Assembly: GCF_036321535.1 (NCBI RefSeq)
Contig: NC_087437.1
Span: 37,946,001 to 38,010,000, forward strand
DNA length: 64,000 nt
Direction of reading: 5' to 3'
Source: Camelus dromedarius
Taxonomy: Eukaryota
Shown piece by piece: positions 54,180-64,000 of this stretch. Under the pieces are notes generated by a model. It saw nothing but the letters and a program-made list of their open reading frames with translations, ran no database searches and was not told where the DNA came from. The translations under genes and the position numbers were made by a program. Each line of letters begins with the position of its first letter. Position 1 is the stretch's first letter.

Positions 54180-55764
54180 TAACGCGTTAAACTCTAAAAT
54201 CTCGGTGGCTTAATTTAACTAAGATTCATTTCAGTTTGGAAGTGCACACCTCACTTCTGCTCACAAACAGTTGGCCAGAATTAGTCACTTTGCCTAACTG
54301 GAAGAGGGCCGAGAAATGTGGAAATGCATACAAATATTTGGTGAGTTGTAATGACTTTGTCCTGCTTAGATCTGTTAATTATTTAAAGACAGAGGAGAAG
54401 ATAGGCTGCTGCAATTCCCTATGGTTATGTGGAATTTATTCACGATCAAACAGCTTAAAGAGGAAAGCTAATTCTCCTTCTTAAAGCTCTGCGGTGGACA
54501 TTGTTTACATTTTACTCTGAAATTCTACTTTTTCTGTGATTCAATGTTTGACCATATCACTTTTAACTGGCATAGTCCACTTATTAGGTTTACATTTTAA
54601 AACAGTTTACACTAAAGTCAGCTACCTCTTTAAGGAAAATTAACCTATCTTAGATTTTATTCATTATATGTTGATTTTATTTTTGAATTGGATGGGAGAG
54701 TGAGGGTGCAGACAGAATAAAAAATTAATTAGAAATCCACTAAATATTTTAATCAAACTTTAATTAATTACTATTTTGTTATTAAGAAAAAGTACAGGAT
54801 TTAAAATAGTTATACATATATTGTCTTTAATAATTGAGTCATCTTAATTGAATTGAGTAACTCAATATTTAAAAAATTTTAAACTGTTAAACGGGCAAGC
54901 AAATTGATCAGCTGAAGTCATTCTTTCATTGTTTTCAAACTACAGCTTATAAATTCACTATTTTCTAAATAACATGATTTCTATTTTGTTAAAGATACAC
55001 AAACTTTCACAAAACACTGTCGTTTTGAAAAGATGTCAACAGATGATTTTGTTGATAAAAAAGAAAATACACACACATGCACACACACATCATTTCATGA
55101 TAAGTAAAAATATATTTTTGAAAAATCTGTAATGTATTTGTAGCTCTAATTTAAAAATTATTTTTGACAGGGCAGAGCAATAGTCTTCACATTTATTGGA
55201 CCATGCGTTTTCAGCCAAAGAGCAGTTATATTTCTTAATATCACTAAGCACATTATAATGCTGGAAAGAAACATTGGTGAAAAATTATAATTTAAATTAC
55301 AATGAACCCTGAAAAGTCAGAACTATTTAAAAAACTGCTGAAAATTCAAAATCTAAGTAGGTGACTAAACACCTGGCTTAGGAGAATAGAATAATGAGCT
55401 AAATAAAGAAGACACTGAGTGTTAAGAATTTAATTCTTGAAAGAATAGACTCTGAAATTATTCCAGACATTTCTGAAACAGTGAAAATAAATTGGTGTCT
55501 GTTAAGGACATGTCAGATCCAAGTCTCCTAAGGAGTGGATTTGCTCCAGTTGCACAAAGTGGTTTGTGTCTATCCTGTTTGTCAGTGTTCATGCTATACT
55601 GCCTATTAAATATTTTAAATATCATATCTGATATTATCTATTAGTTTATATTTAGTCGGATGAGGTTAATTTGCGCAGTTTTGTTTCTCTTACACGTTTG
55701 ATTGAACTTTTTCTTGCATGTCTGTTCAGTCGTTATGATTAAAGATCCAAGCAATATCACCAGT

Positions 55765-56250
55765 TCTTTTTTATTCTTTTTTATTGACATATAGTTGACT
55801 TATAATATTATATTAGTTTCAGGTGTACAACATAGTGATTCAATATTTTTATAGCTTATACTCCATTTAAACTTACTACCAAATAATAGCTATATATCCC
55901 TGTACTTTCCAATACATCCTTGTTGCTTATCTGTTTTATTTATTTATTTATTTACTTGCTTTACCAGAATTTTTATTCATAAGTTTTTACTAGTTTCATT
56001 TTTAGATTTTTTAAATTAATTATTGTTGATATACACTATTATATGTTTCAGGGGTACAGCATAGTGATTCACAATTTTTAAAGGTGATATTCCATTTATA
56101 GTTATTATAAAATATTAGCTGTGTTCCCTGTGTTGTACAGTTTTTCCTTGTAGCTTATTTATTTTATGCACAGTGATCTGTACCTCTTAATCCCCTGTAT
56201 CTATTTTATCCATAATAATTTGTAACTCTTAATCCCATACCCCAGTATTA
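55765..56250 (-). mobile_element. Two L1_Art-like 3' ends, one nested in the other
   Basis: gtttcaggtgtacaacatagtgattc occurs twice (second copy gtttcaggggtacagcatagtgattc), each after its own T-rich tail; 12-bp TSD tatctgttttat / tatctattttat. Confidence 0.82.
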
Positions 56251-58188
56251 CCATTTCTTTAACTTAAATTTTAATTTCTTGAAAATTATATTCATTGCAA
56301 TCAAGGCCTCCTTACTTTTAAATAATTCACAGGCTCATAGACTGTAAGAATCAACTCTCAATAAATGCTTGCGAAATGCAGGACCAGTCCAGCTTCCCAA
56401 CCCCCATTGCCTCTTTCGGTTTTACTCCGATTTTCCTTGTCTCTGGACAGTTTTGTGATGACTTTCCTAGTACTGATTCTGCTTAATATACCACAGTGTG
56501 TGTATAAATGAAAGCTTGGAGTTTAATCCTTCTTTGATTCAAACCTGTTTTTTTCTTTAAATATTTTCGTAGCATGAAACTTTTACTCAAATATGTATTA
56601 CAATGTTTTTCTTTAGTATTTACTTCATTTTAACAGGATTTCCCCCCTTGAGGTATGAACCTAGTCTTTTTCCAGCATACATTTATAACTAAAATGTCAT
56701 TAACTCACTACAAAAAAAGTCACGAATCATCTATTAGCTTAAAAGCAGGCCTATGCAGTGGGATGCAAGAGGAACAGAATACAATCCCTGTTGTTTGGAG
56801 ATCACAGAAACTTTGTCAAAGGAGGCGAATACTAGACTGACTATGACCAAGTTTTAGTACTACAGGCACTGGGAGAGAACAAAGGGACATGGTCTCTGTT
56901 AACTCGGACCGGTAATGTCTGAGAGGCCCTCCTGGATGAGGTCAAATGTGAATTGAATTTTAGAAGAGGAATAAGAAATTTCCAGGTAGAAAAAAGAGCG
57001 GAATTAAGAAAATCATACAGAGTGCTAGCTCTAATAAGCAACCGCCATTAAATAAATTGGATGAACTGCTCCTCTGTGAGTCATCATGACAGAACCCAAA
57101 GCAGGCTTGGGGAGGAGACTGCCTTCTGGTGGAGCCCACACGCCTCTCTTCTGTTAGTTGGGTTGGATGCTTATCACACGCTGCACTTATTCTTAAAATT
57201 GCTCTGTCAGTTGGATTTTTATTACAATTTTATGATTAGTAAAATATTATATAAACAGATGAAGCAGAATAAAATAAAAGGCATTTATGTAACACATTAT
57301 TTGAATGTTTTGGAAAAGATTAAGTTGAGTCTCTGAATATATTGCTGTCAATTTAGGTACAGACGGACATTGCTAAAAGATATGGTGAGCATTTTTAGAA
57401 GTATTTACTATAAAGAATGTTTTTACTCGTGTTGTTTTAAATTAGATTCTTTCTCCACTTCAAATATACCCAATACAGTTGCTTATGAATCCGGATGTTA
57501 CAAATCATGCAGTGACAGTGCACAGGCCTACAGTAAAGAAATACACTTAATTCTACATCAGAAGCTCTGTTTTAACTTAGAGCACATTGCTTAAAGTATG
57601 GATGCATTTTGTTAATTATTCCTCACCTGTCATATTTTTTAAATAAAGTCACTGCTGATTTTGAATTTTTTAGAAAAGAGGGTTTTTAAAAACCAGAAAA
57701 AGTAGCAAAACTATGGCCTAAAGAGCCATTGTTGTAGGAAAAAAATGAGAAAATAATGTTTTTCTGTTCTTCTTAATAATTAATTTACCTTGTCATTAGA
57801 ACATTAAGCAATGTTTAAATATAAGTTTGAACTAAACATCTATTACCATAAAGGAGAAAAAGTAATACCAAGAGAAGCAAATTTTATTGTTTTTTTCAGA
57901 GAGACACCAGCAATGTCTGTAGTGGTCAGAAAAATTACACCAAATGAAACAGTAATAAAAAATTGTGTCACTATGTACAAAAGATTATTCCCTATTCATA
58001 AGTTGTTGGAAGAGAATTTATTCTTTCACACCATCAATTTATATGCCAAGCATTGTGCAGGTTACTCAGGCTGTTGATTCAAGAAGAGTTTCTTTCTTCA
58101 GGGAGGGAAGATCTGATAGGAGGCATAGCAAACAGAAAATTATAACTCTGTGCCACAAATAAGTTCTACAGTTATAAATACTGCACCA

Positions 58189-58295
58189 GTGTATTAGCTT
58201 TCTATTGCTGCTTTAACAAATTACCACAAACTTGGTAGCTTAAAGCAACACAAATGTATTATCTTACCATGCTGAAGTTCAGAAATTTGAAATAG
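58189..58295 (-). mobile_element. MaLR MLT1 3' terminal fragment
   Basis: tgtattagctttctattgctgctttaacaaattaccacaaacttggtagcttaaagcaacacaaatgtattatcttac. Confidence 0.85.
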
Positions 58296-58324
58296 TTAGA
58301 ATAAAGAACCCCTCTACCACTGAT

Positions 58325-59350
58325 ATCAATCAATCCATTAATTAGCAAGTATTTTTAAAGGACTTTCTATTTTCAAAACTCAATAAATGACACTATCTCT
58401 GTTCTTGTGGCACTTACAGCTCTTTAGCAGATATTAATAAAATGATCACAAACATGTAACATAACAGTCATAGCAATAAGATCTGTTAAGATGAATCACA
58501 CGGTGCCATGATAGTAGGGGAAAGACCTGCCACTGGGGTCCAGGGAAGAGGAAATTAAATTGTGATATCAAGAAATAATAGGAAATAAACACATAGAAAA
58601 GGGGAAAGTGCATTTAAGACAGAAAGGAACAAGTAAATGGCCCAGTGGTGAAGACTGAGGTTCAGGTAAGCGATTGAAAGACCCATGTGGTAGGACCCAG
58701 AAACTAGTAATATAAGATCATACTGGGTTTTATTAAACTTTTTGGTTGAAAATTTGAAGCATTTTGAGTAAGGACCTTGAGTTGATCAGCCTTGCTTTGT
58801 GAACTGACTGTCTTGGCAGAGATGGGCAAGAGTGAATGCAGAGGGACACGTTCACATAATTGCATTGAAATAGCCCACATAGGAGATTACAGAGGCTTGT
58901 TCTGGTCTGGTGAGGAGAATGTGGAGATCAAGAAAGGAGGGTGGATCCGCGAGGCCTGTAAGAGCAGCGATCACAAGGACTGCTAGTGAAAATGGAAGAT
59001 GAGAGGATATGGAGTGTGAACAGTGATTTTTAATATCCCATCGTGAGGAAGTGAATGTGTGCTGATACTCTTCAGACTTAACTACCACATAAAGTTCTCT
59101 TTGACCTGATTCTTCAGGTTTGTTGGGAGAGGATGAGGAGCTACTTTTTGATTTTCTCTGAATTTTGAAGCATTTCTGGTTCTTGTGGTGAGAGGGTGGT
59201 AGCACTCAAGTAAGAGACAACAGAAGATTGATAATGATTTAGATTAGAGGATACCCATTTTTTTCAGTACCAAGTGGAATTTTACAGGAGATGAGTTGAA
59301 GGATGGTGGGGAGCATTTCACATACAATGGTACTTGGGAATCCTGCACTT
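58325..59350 (-). mobile_element. L2 3' region
   Basis: caatcaatccattaattagcaagtatt tail and purine-rich L2 antisense motifs (ttgaagcattttgagtaagg...tgatcag, tgaagcatttctggttcttg). Confidence 0.6.
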
Positions 59351-59559
59351 ACAGAGCAAGAAACAGACAGGTGTAAATCTTTTTCTACTTTCTGGTCTAA
59401 AAGCATAAATTTGGAAATGTAAAAGGAGGATACATTATTGAGACAACTAAAAATTAAGAAATTTGGGTCTGGAAGTGGAATGCTAAGTTTAAATGTGCAG
59501 AGTGGAGGATGTTAGTGTAATGTCAAGGTTTAAGTGCTTCCCGTGGATATAAATGAATT

Positions 59560-59775
59560 GCACCTGTCATTTGACACTGGCTCTAACTTTTTCCAGCTGT
59601 GTGACTTCAGACACTTGACATAGATTCTTGGCACTTACATTTTCTACCTGTAAGATGGGAATAACAACAATTGCTCTCTCACAGGCTGGCTGTGAGTTTT
59701 AAATTAATTAACATGCAAACAGTGTAGGAAACACCTAGAATATGGTGAATTCCCTATAAATGTTATTTTTATTAT
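59560..59775 (+). mobile_element. MIR SINE
   Basis: ccagctgtgtgacttcagacac...tttctacctgtaagatgggaataacaa...cacaggctggctgtgag. Confidence 0.7.
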
Positions 59776-62700
59776 ATGCAATACAAGGATTTCTTTATAC
59801 TTCAACATACCCTAAGTTCAAAAAATGTTTACCCCAGCACTTCACAGAATAAAATAATACAAAATTTTATGACATATTTCTTTTGTAAATCTTTCTCTGA
59901 AGGATAAGAAAATAGTCATACTGTACTTGTTAACAACTTAATAGCAATTTCTCAATTGGACTAGAATTCTAGTGGCTATAAATAACACAGTGATTGTCTG
60001 CCTGTGATAAGCATTTATTCAGTATATTGCTGATGTACCCATGATGGTCTCATAACTGCAGGTTTCTTCTTGTTTATTATGATTATTGTAAGTTAGGTGC
60101 CACTTGACATTTTCAGGACTAAAAACTTCTTTTTAAAGCAAGATCACAATTAAGCTGACATTAAGTAGCCTCTCCTCAGATGAACACGGCTCTCTGTAAA
60201 TAAAACTAAAAAGAATAAATACCACTATTAAACTATGTACTATTCTTTTTTTTCTTTGAGCACACTGATTTTATTTTAAGGAAAATGGGTTGCTAGAAAA
60301 ATATATCTAGAAATGTAACCATAAGCACAAGGAAGAATACTTCTAGATTTCTAGAATTCTTTGGTCTTCTGGACACACGGCTGAAGTAAAATACAATGCC
60401 TTTTATTAATAGGCCCTTACTAAAAGTGAGGTTAATTACTAAACTTTTCTAAGTCAAAAATAAGTGAGCATTTCTTGTTGAATATACGCTCTGGTTGTTG
60501 TATCCTTGAGTTCTTACTATGGTTTCTAGTGGGTAGATTTTAAGCAGGCTGCTCCCTTAAACATGGCTGTGAGGTCAGGGAAGGTGTTTTTCACTTGTGG
60601 GTATTTTTTTTTCACTTGTGGGTATTTTTAAATGATCTGCTACTTGTGTTATTGCATATAATCATCCTAAGATTCTGGGAAGCGAGGCATTAAGCAGAGC
60701 AAACAAATGGCTGGAGATATAAGGCATTTGTCTGCTGTCACATGGCTACTGAGTAGTAGACAGCATTCAAATCCGGGTGTCTATCTGGTTTCAAACTTTG
60801 ACTTAATTTTTTACTACATTTGTCTTTATTTCAAGAAGAATTTGAGCTATTTGTAGTGGAGGTTAGGTGTAACTGAGACAAGAGTAAATTTATTTCTTTT
60901 TAAGAAAGGTCTTCCAGTAGCATTTAGATAGCATCAGATGTTTTTCAGGGAAATAAAATGCTCTGTTGGAAACACATGGCATATGTATCCATAGACTTGG
61001 TAGTAAGTGCAGCAGAAATTAGGGAAGTTGCAAACGACGCTTTTAGAAGTGCACTTGTGATGGATCAAATTCCTAGAGTCTAGAAGGTGGTTGTCGTAAC
61101 ACACTTATCAGAAAAGCATTAAGCAATGACAAGTATAGGAACAGAAAATTGGTTGGCTTAACATAAATTATGGGGGAAAATATATTAGAAAACCAAGTAC
61201 AAGAAACAAATGCTTACAAAGACATGACACACTTGAAATGAAAATAAAATTTATTTAGTATTGCTTCAATAACTTATTTTGGTTCTCATTTTAAGACACT
61301 GCTTTAAAAAACCTGTGAGTTTGAATACACTGGCGTTTATAGTTATACTAGTTTCCTACCTAAAACCATGCATTTGTAGTTTCCCATAGAGCAAAGAGGA
61401 TTAAAGCCTCTTACTTGTGGTTTTGGTTTTAATAGATATGGTCATTAAACTTGAAAATTTTAATCTTGCATTCACTTTCACTCACTCCTAATGCCTCAAA
61501 GTATACCTGAAGGAAATGCTCCAATTGAAAGATAAATTGAGAAAGAGAGAGAGGGAGAAAGGGAGGAAGAGAGAGAGAACAATTTTTCAAAAATTATGGC
61601 TTACATTCTCCAAAGGAGCAAATACACTGCATACCGAAACAAGGATTAAGATATTACAATAAATCACAAAAAATAAACCACTAAATAAACAAACATTTAG
61701 AGAACAAGAAAGATCTTAAGAGTTAAAATATTATAGCAGAAATATACAATTCAATAGACTGGGAAAATAATTTGCATGAAGTGTCTGAAAAGTAGAACAG
61801 TAAGAAAAAGAGCTGGAAAGTAAGACATTAGAAAAGTTAAAGCATTGACCCAGGATGTCCAATATCTAATATCAATCTATTAAGATTTCCAGAAGGCAGG
61901 ACCACAAAAACAAGATAAGTCACCATTCAATGAGTAATACAAGAATACTGCTGCTACTCTCTCCGCAAATCCCTGGTACCAAAGAATGTGAATTTTATCA
62001 AAATTTTAAGATAAGAATATGCCCATGCTATTTAAAATGTTTCACAATGTAAAAATAGAAAAGAAAATTTAAATCTCTTAAAATAAAACACACACACATC
62101 TGTATCTAACCATAATTTTAAATAAAATGAGAAAAAAGGAAAACATTGATTTGCAATTGGCACAATTATGAGTTAATTGAGCGAAGTTTGTGTAGAAGAA
62201 TAGAATGCTTAAAAGCTCCAAGGTGAAAGGAAGCATGTATTAGAGTGTACATTAAAAACGAGTGTTACTGTAGCAAAGACAGTAAGGATGGATAACTGAT
62301 GGAGGAATAGGCAGAAAGTAGAAAATGCAAAATCTGGTCTTGTTTAGAAAGTTGTCATTAACTACAATAGGATGGCATTAGAGAGTTGTGAGCAGTGGAA
62401 AGAACGGATCAGATGTGTTCAATTATGAAATACATTCAATTATAATAATTTCACCAATTTTGCAATCTTAAAGATTCCTCTTGGTGTCTAATTATGGGTG
62501 ACAGAGAAAATGTGTACTTGCTCATAATGAGGAATCTGATAATGAACCTTGAGATTTAAGTTACACATGGAACAGGTGATAATTTGTAATGTATAATTTC
62601 ATAGACAAATAGAAACTACTTACCTAAAGCACATTACTTCATATATTTATCAAAACCTGTGATGTGTTCAGCAAGGCACACATATTAATGATATCCTCTT

Positions 62701-63313
62701 ATTCCTCCAATCCCCCTACCCAATATGGCTTAGAAAAGGCAACATTTGTTTTCAATTTATACTAAAGAGCAGAAGACTATAAAAAGCCTTTAGACTGTTT
62801 TATCCAGGTCATTTTTGTAGTTAGTTTTTCAAACTTTTCTTTTAAAGGTCTGATCCTTTCTTACTTTTCCAGGCTTATCTTTTGTCCTTTTATCCTTGAT
62901 ACACCATGGTCTCCTGCTACAGCAATACGACCTTTTTCTCTTCTGCAGGAATTTGCATGTCAATTATACTTTATATATTGTGAGTTGTTTGGAGTCAAGA
63001 GATGATAACTTTTTATCCTATGAGTATTTATGAGATATATGTCCAGCATATTTATTTCTCAGAGACTATGCTACATACCAGCAACAAAAAGATATTAAGA
63101 TCGAGTTTTGTCTTGGTTCTAGTAGTATTGTTCTATAGCAAGTGCTAAATACATATTTTTGACTGTGTTGTTAATCACCATATAACTACTTTTTGAGTGA
63201 ATTTAATCTCAGTTTACTTTTTGATATTTTAAGCTTAAGTTTGAATAAATAGAGCTTTATTCCCAGACAAAAATTCATTTGACATCCCTTTCTTATCAGG
63301 AAATATCTCTACC

Positions 63314-63860
63314 TATAGTAGGCAGAATGTTGTCTTCATGACCTTTGCCCCTGCTGTCACACCAGTGACAATGGTGCATTACATGGCAAAACAGACACTG
63401 AAGACATAATTAAGGTTACTAATCAGTTGACTTCAAGATAGAAAGATTATTTGGGATTATTCAGGTAGCACAATGCAATCACATGAGCCCTTAAATGCAG
63501 AAAAGGAAGTCAGATAGATGTGAATAAAGGGTAAATCCGAGATTTGAATCATGAGAAAGACTCCACCTGCTGTGGCTGGCTTGCAGATGGAGGGAACCAC
63601 ATGGTAAACATAAGAAGGAAGTAAATTCTGCCAATAACTGATAATCTTGAAAAGCAACCCCAAACCCTAGATTGAATTGCAGCCCTGCTGACGCTTTGAT
63701 CTTGGCCTTGTAATACACTGAACAGAAATTCCATCTAGGCCATGCCAGGTTTTTGACTTACCAAAACTGTGAGATGATAAATGAATGGTTATATTTAACC
63801 ATTATATAACATAAACTGTTGTATTTGTGACTTGTTATGTAAAAATAGAAATCTAATATA
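63314..63860 (+). mobile_element. MaLR solo LTR, MLT1E/D-like
   Basis: tagtaggcagaa start, ttacatggcaaaa...taattaaggttactaatcagttgacttcaagatag...aatcacatgagcccttaaa, and end aactgtgagatgataaatg...aatagaaatctaata. Confidence 0.88.
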
Positions 63861-64000
63861 CTGTCTAAAAGGATGTTCATTACTATTATGGTTTTAATTC
63901 CTGAGACAACACTTCAGTGTGAAGAGATTCAACCACATGGAAGAATCATAAATGTAATTAAATGTAATTGTGTTTAATTTGATGAATTATAATTATGACA

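Noticed and set aside
57900..58020. Good acceptor followed by an open frame (ETPAMSVVVRKITPNE...)
   Set aside because: There is no convincing donor, I do not recognise the peptide, and the frame runs into an L2-like tail.

Overview
AT-rich, CpG-poor eutherian mammal DNA that looks intronic or intergenic. I recognise no protein-coding exon, RNA gene or CpG-island promoter. The ORF-track entries are short chance frames or decayed transposon remnants. A large part of the window is interspersed repeat: L1 fragments, L2, MIR, MaLR/ERVL/ERV1 LTRs, and hAT-Charlie and Tigger DNA transposons. All family names come from my recall of consensus sequences, not from a database search. L1_Art-type 3' ends suggest a cetartiodactyl, and I see no ruminant, pig or whale/hippo SINEs, so a camelid is my tentative guess. 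The best-supported oddities are structural: a perfect spacerless 82-bp palindrome (25619-25700), an ERV1-type solo LTR with a 4-bp TSD nested in MER21, a twin-primed inverted L1, a poly(A)-tailed orphan insert inside an L1, two overlapping mutually exclusive hairpins, and several nested insertions. I found no evidence for a new multi-gene biological system.
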